Positions 25,441-32,000 of a stretch of 32,000 nucleotides of DNA are shown in pieces (position 1 is the first letter of the stretch; each line of letters starts with the position of its first letter). A program made the translations under genes and the position numbers. Under the pieces are notes generated by a model. The model did not search any database, was not told where the DNA came from, and saw only the letters and a program-made list of their open reading frames with translations. This DNA comes from Candidatus Nanosynbacter lyticus (GTDB lineage: Bacteria; Patescibacteriota; Saccharimonadia; Saccharimonadales; Saccharimonadaceae): assembly GCF_000803625.1 (NCBI RefSeq), contig NZ_CP007496.1, forward strand, positions 673,139 to 705,138, in the 5' to 3' direction.

Positions 25441-26604
25441 CTATTTCCACGTATGGTCTAATTTAGTAACACCACCCCAACGCCCACTTTCATAATCCCG
25501 TTGAACTGAAAAATGAGGACCTTCTTCTATAAAAGCTATAGTGTCTATATCTCTTTTTCCAGTTAAGCCAGCTTTTATAAAATAATCCCCCTCATTAAGG
25601 TTCAACTTAACTGTATACTCTGCTTTGTTTTTGTGCTTAATTTTATATTGATCCTGATAGGTATTAGGGCCAAATACATATTCTCCATTTTCTCTAAATA
25701 TAGCAACTCCGATATTCTTTACGTTAGGCTGCTCCCAAGATAATTTAATTGTAATCTGTTCATTATACTTAAAGGAATTATTCTCTTTACCTTGACTATC
25801 GTATATGCGTACATCAAAAGGTGCGGATGATCGATTAAAATTATGTGTTTTTGCGTGTTCTAATTGATTACTCATGCTATATGCAGCGGCAACTATATGA
25901 GGTTTTCCTTGTATCTTTACTTTGCCGTTCTCTATTAGTACAGCTTTATTGCAAAAACGCTCTACAGCTCCCATATCGTGAGTCACTAATATGACAGTCT
26001 TATTTTCACGCTTTAATTTATCAAAATAAGCATAGCATTTTTTCTGAAATGCCTCATCGCCAACCGCCAGAACCTCGTCAAGCATTAAAATGTCACCCTT
26101 AGCTTTTATCGCAATAGAGAATGCTAAGCGAACTTGCATACCACTTGAATAATTCTTCAGCCTCTCTTCCATAAAATCATGCATTTCAGCAAAATCAACA
26201 ATATCATCGTACATTTCATCAACTTCTTTTCGACTGAATCCTAGAAGTGCACCATTCAAATATACATTATCCCTGCCGGACAATTCAGGATTAAATCCAA
26301 CACCTAATTCGATAAAAGGAACTAATTTACCTTTTGTGCGTATATGACCCTTATTAGGTGTATATATACCTGCTATTAATTTCAATAAGGTACTTTTACC
26401 AGACCCATTTTTACCAACTATTCCAAAAAAATCACCCTCTTCAATACTGAAAGAAACGTTTTTTAGCGGAGTAAAGTCTCTATAGCCTTTTTTTCTCAAC
26501 AAAAAGCCTACAACTTTCTGCTTAAACATATTCACCGACTCAATTGGAATTCTGAAAGTTTTAGTTACTCCGACGATTTCAACTATATTATTTTTTGCCA
26601 TCAT
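25441..26604 (-). CDS. wzt: Polysaccharide ABC exporter ATP-binding protein (Wzt/TagH/RgpD-like) with C-terminal beta-rich extension (Wzt_C-like)
   Basis: Walker A GKNGSGKST, signature YSSGMQVRL, Walker B ILMLDEVLAVGD, H-loop VTHD. About 140 extra C-terminal residues. GGAGG SD. The start overlaps the wzm stop by 1 nt. Confidence 0.88.
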   Translation of the reverse strand: MMAKNNIVEIVGVTKTFRIPIESVNMFKQKVVGFLLRKKGYRDFTPLKNVSFSIEEGDFFGIVGKNGSGKSTLLKLIAGIYTPNKGHIRTKGKLVPFIELGVGFNPELSGRDNVYLNGALLGFSRKEVDEMYDDIVDFAEMHDFMEERLKNYSSGMQVRLAFSIAIKAKGDILMLDEVLAVGDEAFQKKCYAYFDKLKRENKTVILVTHDMGAVERFCNKAVLIENGKVKIQGKPHIVAAAYSMSNQLEHAKTHNFNRSSAPFDVRIYDSQGKENNSFKYNEQITIKLSWEQPNVKNIGVAIFRENGEYVFGPNTYQDQYKIKHKNKAEYTVKLNLNEGDYFIKAGLTGKRDIDTIAFIEEGPHFSVQRDYESGRWGGVTKLDHTWK

Positions 26605-27425
26605 TATATATCCTCCGCAAAATACCGTGATTTTTTAGAAAAATAATAAACTCCAAATATTACCGTAATTAGTATTATTAGCCACGGTATTATGATACGC
26701 CAATCATGAATTAAATCAGTTGCTCTAATAATCGAACCATCTTGATTTATCAATACATACCTAGCATCTTGAATAATTTGCGTTACTGGATTAATAAAAA
26801 GTAGCTCTGCTGCCACACGACTGCGCTCTAGTGCCATTTGTAAAGGATAAATAATCGGAGCTGCGTAAAAAGCCGCTTGCAGAAAGATTTCCCAAATATA
26901 GCTAGTGTCACGATATTTCACGTTAAATACAGATAACAACAATGCTATACCTAAAGAAAATATATATAACTCGATAATAAGAGGAATAATCCATAGTGCC
27001 GAGAAAGAAAGGCTTACGCCATTTAACAGAATAAATATTAGAACTACGCCTAGATTAATAAATAAGTTGATTAAAGAAGATACTGTTCCTGATATTACAA
27101 TAATATACTTTGGAAAATTTAATTTTCTAATCAAATCTCCCCTATTAACGATAGACCCTAGTCCATTACTTGTCGCTTCTGTAAAGAATGACCACAGAAC
27201 AATACCTAACAGCATTGTTACGGGAAAATGAGGTATTCCCCTGTCTAATCTTAGTATGTGTACAAAAACAACATACAGGATAGCAAACAGAAACAGCGGT
27301 TTTAGTACACTCCATACATAGCCTAAAACCGAGCCCTGATATCTTAATTTAAAATCAGTTACAATAAGTTCTCTTAATAATATAAGGTTTTGACGACCTA
27401 AAAAGTTTAGAGGTTTCCACATCAC
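26604..27425 (-). CDS. wzm: Polysaccharide ABC exporter permease (ABC-2 type, Wzm/TagG/RgpC-like)
   Basis: 273 aa with 6 TM helices. Typical ABC-2 N-terminus (LIVTDFKLRYQGSVLGYVWSVLKPL). Starts at GTG 27425 (or ATG 27422). Confidence 0.85.
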   Translation of the reverse strand: MMWKPLNFLGRQNLILLRELIVTDFKLRYQGSVLGYVWSVLKPLFLFAILYVVFVHILRLDRGIPHFPVTMLLGIVLWSFFTEATSNGLGSIVNRGDLIRKLNFPKYIIVISGTVSSLINLFINLGVVLIFILLNGVSLSFSALWIIPLIIELYIFSLGIALLLSVFNVKYRDTSYIWEIFLQAAFYAAPIIYPLQMALERSRVAAELLFINPVTQIIQDARYVLINQDGSIIRATDLIHDWRIIIPWLIILITVIFGVYYFSKKSRYFAEDI

Positions 27426-27431
27426 TATTCT

Positions 27432-27441
27432 AGTATATAAT
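27432..27441. promoter_or_regulatory. Overlapping divergent -10 elements in a 28-bp intergenic region
   Basis: On the minus strand, TATACT (27437-27432) lies 6 nt upstream of GTG 27425. On the plus strand, TATAAT (27436-27441) lies 12 nt upstream of ATG 27454. The two hexamers overlap by 2 bp. Confidence 0.4.
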
Positions 27442-27453
27442 AGTTAGTGTATT

Positions 27454-28467
27454 ATGAATAGACTTGCAATTATAGTACTGAACTGGAATGGGTCTGATGA
27501 CGCCATAGAGTGCATCGAATCTCTAACTAAGCAAACTTTAAAACCTACTATCATCGTCGTGGATAATAATAGTAGCGATAATTCTGTTTCCGTATTTGAG
27601 AAATATATTTCAATACATAAAAGAGAAGACATTACTTTAATTAAAAACCCACGAAATCTAGGGTTTGCTGGCGGAATTAACACCGGATTGGTTTATGCAC
27701 GCAAACAAGGTTTCGAGTATATTGGCGTGCTGAATCCAGACGCAATTGCCGATAAAGAATGGTGTCAAGCACTCGTTGACGAACTATCTAGTCATCCAAA
27801 ATGCGGCATTACAACTGGAATTTTACAGCGTCGCAACAGTAAAACTCTCGACACAACCGGCGATTTCTATACTACCTGGGGTCTACCTGGCCCAAGAAAC
27901 CGCGATGAGCCTATAAAAAATGCACCCAACAAAACTGGTGAAGTTTTTGGCGCGACTGGCGGCGGAGCGATTTATCGCGCGGCAATGTTTGACGATATCG
28001 ATATGTTCGACGAAGATTTTTTCATGTATTACGAAGATGTCGACCTCAGTTTTCGCGCCCAACTAGCCGGCTGGAAGGTCCGCTTTACGCCCAAAGCCAT
28101 CGCTTATCATAAGGTTGGCGCCAGCAGCAAAAAAGTGCCTGGTCTCGCCGTTTATAATACCTTTAAAAACCTGCCGTTAGTTTTCATTAAAAACGTTCCA
28201 GGGAAGTTATTTTGGTATATTGGCCTGCGCTTTTTCTTAACATATTGGCTGATTTTTGCTAGCGCTTTCCGCCACGGCAACGGCTGGCCAGCTTTCAAAG
28301 GTATATTAGCCTCAATAATTCGTAAACCTGCTGCTTACCATAAACGCTGGTCTATTCAAAAAAACCGCAAAGTCTCTGTCAACTACATCCGCAGTATTAT
28401 CCACGATGGGCCGTTACCCAATCAAACCGGACTGCTGAAATTTAAGCGTTTTTTCAGGATAAAGTAA
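27454..28467 (+). CDS. GT2 family glycosyltransferase (rhamnosyltransferase-like, WbbL/RgpB-type architecture)
   Basis: LAIIVLNWNGSDDAIECIESLTKQT.., VVDNNSSDNS, GFAGGIN, GGGAIYR, and a YYEDVDLSFR segment typical of this GT2 subgroup. Confidence 0.8.
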   Translation: MNRLAIIVLNWNGSDDAIECIESLTKQTLKPTIIVVDNNSSDNSVSVFEKYISIHKREDITLIKNPRNLGFAGGINTGLVYARKQGFEYIGVLNPDAIADKEWCQALVDELSSHPKCGITTGILQRRNSKTLDTTGDFYTTWGLPGPRNRDEPIKNAPNKTGEVFGATGGGAIYRAAMFDDIDMFDEDFFMYYEDVDLSFRAQLAGWKVRFTPKAIAYHKVGASSKKVPGLAVYNTFKNLPLVFIKNVPGKLFWYIGLRFFLTYWLIFASAFRHGNGWPAFKGILASIIRKPAAYHKRWSIQKNRKVSVNYIRSIIHDGPLPNQTGLLKFKRFFRIK

Positions 28468-28480
28468 TATTCTTAGCGAA

Positions 28481-29431
28481 ATGAAATCAATCACCATCCT
28501 TGTCCCAGTATACAACGAAGAATCCGTCCTTCCTCAGCTATTTGATCGCTTAGATGACGTCGCAAAAAATACTCCCAATTACAAATTTGAATTTCTATTC
28601 ATCAATGATGGCAGCGTCGATGAATCTTTATATATTATTGCCGATCAAGCCCAGAAAGATACACGCATCAGTTATATCAATCTGTCGCGCAACTTCGGTA
28701 AAGAAATAGCGATGCTCGCCGGAATTGACCATGCCGAAGGCGATGCTGCCGTGATTATTGACGCCGATTTGCAAGATCCGCCAGAGTTAATAAAAGAGAT
28801 GATTGCCTATTGGGAAGATGGTTATGATGATGTCTATGCTCGCCGCAGTAGCCGGCAGGGCGAAACTTGGCTAAAGAAAAAAACCAGCCAGTGGTATTAT
28901 AGAATCCTCCAAAAATCGACTAGTATTCCTATTCAAGTTGATACCGGCGATTTTCGCTTACTGGATCAGCGTTGCGTTGAAGCCTTGCGGCAATTTCGTG
29001 AATCTCAGCGCAACACTAAGGCGATTTTCAGCTGGATTGGCTATAGGAAAAAAGAAATTTTTTACGATCGCGACCCCAGATTGGCTGGCCAGACTAAATG
29101 GAATTATCGCAAATTAATTAACTTGGCTATCGACGGTGTCACTAGCTTTACCACCGCGCCACTGCGAATGGCTACCATCTTTGGATTTATCATTTCCTTC
29201 GTAGCTTTCTGCTGGATTATCTATCTTTTAGTTCGCCCTTTGTTCGGAGTTTCGACTGGCGCCGGCTATTCTTCCTTAATGGCGGTTATCCTATTCTTAG
29301 GCGGCGTTCAGCTACTGTCACTGGGAATAATTGGTGAATATGTCGGCCGAATATTTATTGAAACTAAAAATCAACCGTTATATTTAATTGAGGAATATCA
29401 TGCAGGAAATCGCAAAAAAACACGCCGATAA
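28481..29431 (+). CDS. GtrB/CsbB-like polyprenyl-phosphate glycosyltransferase (GT2 with two C-terminal TM helices)
   Basis: ITILVPVYNEESVL.., FINDGSVDES, IIDADLQDPPELI, GDFRLLD. C-terminal TM pair ending in GIIGEYVGRIFIE. Confidence 0.88.
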   Translation: MKSITILVPVYNEESVLPQLFDRLDDVAKNTPNYKFEFLFINDGSVDESLYIIADQAQKDTRISYINLSRNFGKEIAMLAGIDHAEGDAAVIIDADLQDPPELIKEMIAYWEDGYDDVYARRSSRQGETWLKKKTSQWYYRILQKSTSIPIQVDTGDFRLLDQRCVEALRQFRESQRNTKAIFSWIGYRKKEIFYDRDPRLAGQTKWNYRKLINLAIDGVTSFTTAPLRMATIFGFIISFVAFCWIIYLLVRPLFGVSTGAGYSSLMAVILFLGGVQLLSLGIIGEYVGRIFIETKNQPLYLIEEYHAGNRKKTRR

Positions 29432-29834
29432 GCTACGTTTTACTATTGTCGGCGGCGTTAATACAGCGCTTGACTTCAGCATACTCTTTATCTTAACGAT
29501 GCTTTTTAATGTCCCGAAAGAATTAGCTAATTTTATATCAACTTTTGTCGCATTTTTGTTCTCTTTCTTTGCCAATAAAAAATACACTTTCAAATCAACA
29601 TCTAAGAATCTAAAAAAACAGTTTCTACTATTTACTATCGTCACACTATTTGGTTTATGGGTAATCCAAACAATTATTATTGCCACTATTACGCCAATAT
29701 TCACAAATATTGGCGTAAATAAACCAGCAGCCCTACTTATTAGCAAGCTAATCGCCACTGTCGCCAGTCTTATCTGGAATTACACGCTCTATTCTAAAGT
29801 GGTCTTTAAAAAGCCTAAGAGCTTTTCTGACTAA
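29400..29834 (+). CDS. GtrA family membrane protein
   Basis: 144 aa from ATG 29400 (GAGGA SD). LRFTIVGGVNTALDFSILFIL.. and 4 TM helices with the characteristic F.FNK.(Y/W)(T/V)F motif (FFANKKYTF). Overlaps the GtrB-like gene by 32 nt. Confidence 0.85.
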   Translation: MQEIAKKHADKLRFTIVGGVNTALDFSILFILTMLFNVPKELANFISTFVAFLFSFFANKKYTFKSTSKNLKKQFLLFTIVTLFGLWVIQTIIIATITPIFTNIGVNKPAALLISKLIATVASLIWNYTLYSKVVFKKPKSFSD

Positions 29835-30276
29835 TAATCAGCTGACGATCCCGACCTTCACCTTCAGAGTGCGTCTCAATATCGCTATACTCACCCGCCA
29901 AATGATGTACCGTCCAGCGATCAGCCGCGTTCAAATTGACAATCTTTGACTCGCCAGTCCGGCGAACTTCCTCAATCCAGCCACGTGCTTTTTCAATAAT
30001 TTTCTCGGCATGCTGTTTTTTATAATCAGCGATATCCAAATTCACCCTAACAGTCGAAGCTTTTTTATGATGAAGTGCTGTCGATAAAAGGGTCTGAATA
30101 CTACGCAGAGTTTCCGCACCCCTACCAATTAAGATACTACTTCGTTCGCTACGCGGAATTGAAGCTATAATAATTCCATCCTCAATTTTTACAGCAACTT
30201 CCAGGTTTAAATCAAAAAATGTCAATAAATCTTCCAGATATTTTTTTACGAATTCAATAGTTTCGATTTGATCCAT
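29815..30276 (-). CDS. khpB: Jag/KhpB-type RNA-binding protein (KH + R3H domains)
   Basis: 153 aa. ILIGRGAETLRSIQTLL (KH GxxG-like) and a C-terminal ADRWTVHHL.. R3H-like segment. Conserved position downstream of yidC. AAGGAGGG SD. Confidence 0.8.
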   Translation of the reverse strand: MDQIETIEFVKKYLEDLLTFFDLNLEVAVKIEDGIIIASIPRSERSSILIGRGAETLRSIQTLLSTALHHKKASTVRVNLDIADYKKQHAEKIIEKARGWIEEVRRTGESKIVNLNAADRWTVHHLAGEYSDIETHSEGEGRDRQLIISQKSS

Positions 30277-30285
30277 ATTCCCTCC

Positions 30286-31209
30286 TTAACCTTTAGCCTT
30301 GATTCGCGTTATTCGCGCTTCTGTCGCCTGTTTAGCGCGTTTTTTCGTCTTGGCTGACGCTATAGACTTTTGAGAGGCTGTCTTTTTATTTGCAACTGCT
30401 TCCATTTCCAAAGAGTCTTGTTTAAGAATAATATGATTCTGTAAATATCCTACTGCACTAGCGGTTGCCAAATAAAGAGCTAAAGCTGCTGGTAGATATA
30501 TAGTCACCATAAACATCATTAGTGGCATAAATTTCATCATCTTTCGGGTCATTATGGCATTTACTTCTGACTGATCAGCTTCTTTACCGCCACCAGCCTC
30601 AGCTAAAATGTCTCGTAATTTACGCTTACTGTCCGACTGTGGAGATAGCTGTTTTGAGGTCAAATATTGCAGATAGGCAGCAACTCCCGCCAGAATTAAC
30701 AGCCCAATAATAACTCCGTCTTTCGACACAGCGTGCTGAGTTAAGTCTATAACACCTAAGAAGTTCTGATTGAACTGGTCTGGATTATTAACCAGATTAT
30801 TAGCTACTGGAAGATTTTTTACAAAATCATAAACATATTTACCCAGATCAGCACGACTAGAAACAAAGATCTGCACCACGCGGTACATCGCAATCAAAAT
30901 CGGTAATTGAATAATCAAAACACCTATAGATCCAAACGCGCTTATATTATGTTTTTTATATAGCTCCATCATCGCCAAATTACGCATCTGCGGATTTTTG
31001 GCATATTGTTTTTTAATCTTAGCCAGCTCAGGCTGCATCTTGCGCATTGCCTTTGCCTGATGAAGCTGTTTCTTAATCAATGGCCATAGTAATAACCTTA
31101 CTAAAATCGTAAAGACAATAATACTAATACCAAAATCTGGAATTAGACTATAGATAGCCATCAACAGATTAAGAATCGGCCTAACAATAAACTCATCAAA
31201 AAAACTCAT
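30286..31209 (-). CDS. yidC: Membrane protein insertase YidC (YidC/Oxa1 family, monoderm type with basic C-terminal tail)
   Basis: ILVRLLLWPL...KMQPELAKIKKQYAKNPQ...ELYKKHNI.. core, 5 TM helices, and a K/R-rich tail. Located in the rnpA-yidC-jag synteny. Confidence 0.92.
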   Translation of the reverse strand: MSFFDEFIVRPILNLLMAIYSLIPDFGISIIVFTILVRLLLWPLIKKQLHQAKAMRKMQPELAKIKKQYAKNPQMRNLAMMELYKKHNISAFGSIGVLIIQLPILIAMYRVVQIFVSSRADLGKYVYDFVKNLPVANNLVNNPDQFNQNFLGVIDLTQHAVSKDGVIIGLLILAGVAAYLQYLTSKQLSPQSDSKRKLRDILAEAGGGKEADQSEVNAIMTRKMMKFMPLMMFMVTIYLPAALALYLATASAVGYLQNHIILKQDSLEMEAVANKKTASQKSIASAKTKKRAKQATEARITRIKAKG

Positions 31210-31215
31210 ATCCTG

Positions 31216-31224
31216 ATTATAGCA
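31216..31224 (-). promoter_or_regulatory. Extended -10 (TGcTATAAT, minus strand) 6 nt upstream of the yidC ATG
   Basis: The minus strand reads TGCTATAAT-CAGGAT-ATG (ATG at 31209). Confidence 0.45.
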
Positions 31225-31233
31225 AAAATACTA

Positions 31234-31581
31234 CTATTTATACAGTTTTGCCTGAGAAAGGATATTTTTTATGACTTGTTTTAAATCCTTATGTGGCATC
31301 AATAACACTTCTGCTGAAAATATAATAATAGCAACGTCTTGATCATTTTTTAGATATGGCAGTTCTAGGCGAATAATTTCATAAACCCGTCGACGTATTC
31401 TGTTCCGCCGCACTGCTGATTTTAAAACCTTTTTACTCACAACTACCGCGAATCTACTATGACTGCGGTATAGGTTTTTCACATATTTTACAGTAGCTAT
31501 AGAAGAACGAGCCGCTTGTCCATTTTTATAGACAAATTTCAGACTACCATGACCGTGAAAACGATTACATTGTTGTAACAT
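31234..31581 (-). CDS. rnpA: Ribonuclease P protein component
   Basis: 115 aa, basic, with the RNR motif region KSAVRRNRIRRRVYEI. Located in the rpmH-rnpA synteny. Confidence 0.9.
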   Translation of the reverse strand: MLQQCNRFHGHGSLKFVYKNGQAARSSIATVKYVKNLYRSHSRFAVVVSKKVLKSAVRRNRIRRRVYEIIRLELPYLKNDQDVAIIIFSAEVLLMPHKDLKQVIKNILSQAKLYK

Positions 31582-31589
31582 ATTTTACA

Positions 31590-31598
31590 ATTATATCA
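31590..31598 (-). promoter_or_regulatory. Extended -10 (TGaTATAAT, minus strand) 8 nt upstream of the rnpA ATG
   Basis: The minus strand reads TGATATAAT-TGTAAAAT-ATG (ATG at 31581). It immediately follows the U-tract of the rpmH terminator hairpin. Confidence 0.4.
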
Positions 31599-31630
31599 AA
31601 AAATCCCGCCTACATCGACGGGATTTTTTA
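31597..31630 (-). terminator. Hairpin terminator/attenuator between rpmH and rnpA
   Basis: AAAAAATCCCG (31598-31608) pairs with CGGGATTTTTT (31619-31629). A T-run follows the stem on both strands. Confidence 0.65.
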
Positions 31631-31639
31631 TTCGCTAGA

Positions 31640-31777
31640 TTAAATAGCAATTTTAGCACGACCCTTCAAACGGCGTCGCTTCAAGACCATCCTACCGGCC
31701 TTAGTAGAAACTCGCGCTCTAAAACCGTGCGTCCTTGCACGATGTCGAGTGTGTGGTTGAAATGTTCGCTTTGGCAT
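31640..31777 (-). CDS. rpmH: 50S ribosomal protein L34
   Basis: [45 protein letters not shown] (45 aa) is a canonical L34 sequence. The track ORF's 17-codon N-terminal extension is rejected. Confidence 0.95.
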   Translation of the reverse strand: MPKRTFQPHTRHRARTHGFRARVSTKAGRMVLKRRRLKGRAKIAI

Positions 31778-31787
31778 ATCAAGAAAT

Positions 31788-31816
31788 AGTATATATTTTT
31801 TTAGTATTTTTTGCAA
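31788..31816 (-). promoter_or_regulatory. Sigma70-type promoter of rpmH
   Basis: Minus strand: TTGCAA (31811-31816), 17-bp spacer, TATACT (31788-31793), then 10 nt to the ATG (31777). No SD. Confidence 0.6.
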
Positions 31817-31828
31817 GTCACTAGACAC

Positions 31829-31945
31829 TTTTCCACTACCATGGCTAATTTTTCCACAGTTTTAACAGATGTATTTTTTAATTGTGGAAAACTCTACCCC
31901 TGTTTTCCTTTACATTACAGTTTACGGAATTGTACTTGTGGAAAA
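31829..31945. promoter_or_regulatory. DnaA-box cluster (chromosomal origin region, rpmH-dnaA intergenic)
   Basis: Four close matches to TTATCCACA/TGTGGATAA: TTTTCCACT (31829-31837), TTTTCCACA (31850-31858), TGTGGAAAA (31883-31891) and TGTGGAAAA (31937-31945). The last two share the flank TTGTGGAAAACTCT. AT-rich stretches lie between them. GAGGGAG at 31986-31992 looks like the SD of a gene starting beyond the window. Confidence 0.75.
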
Positions 31946-32000
31946 CTCTTAATATTTGCTATAGTAAAGATAGTTAAAGAATTTGAGGGAGTAAGTTTTC

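Overview
This 32-kb window is densely coding: about 34 CDS and one tRNA, with no rRNA, CRISPR, transposase or integrase. It looks like a small-genome monoderm bacterium, given an LAxTG sortase-type signal, the jag-yidC-rnpA-rpmH block and very short intergenic regions. Any finer taxonomy (Patescibacteria/Saccharibacteria-like, Firmicutes or Actinobacteria) is inference only.

Layout:
- Left edge: a surface-anchored GH16-LRR protein, tRNA-Asn(GTT) and a regulator that has only the LexA N-terminal domain.
- 2.2-29.8 kb: one large cell-envelope glycan locus. In order it encodes a Wzy_C/O-antigen-ligase-like protein, a WbaP-type phosphoglycosyl transferase, two GT4s, a small cytidylyltransferase and rmlB-C-D-A. 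These are followed by a GacI/GacJ-like GT2 + small membrane protein pair, GT2 and GT8 enzymes, a second RmlD paralog and a Wzx-type flippase. Next come two tandem mosaic GT-C-like membrane proteins and a small anchored protein translationally coupled to a secreted protein with 9 ChW repeats. The locus ends with a dual GT-B fusion, a GT2, a Wzm/Wzt ABC exporter and a GT2-GtrB-GtrA operon.
- Right edge: jag/khpB-yidC-rnpA-rpmH, then a DnaA-box cluster (oriC). dnaA presumably lies just beyond the window.

Most notable observations:
1. The tandem 462-codon GT-C-like paralogs share a perfect 361-bp in-frame 3' module whose composition differs from the rest of both genes.
2. There are two polyprenyl-phosphate-sugar synthase modules, two GT-C paralogs and one Wzx, an organisation resembling streptococcal rhamnose-polysaccharide side-chain decoration.
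3. The ChW protein has a 3x3 repeat architecture and a lysozyme-like N-terminal domain.
4. Operon-first genes repeatedly show (TGn)TATA[A/C]T-N6-ATG, implying leaderless transcripts, while internal genes carry Shine-Dalgarno sequences.

All functional calls come from by-eye motif recognition; no database search was possible.
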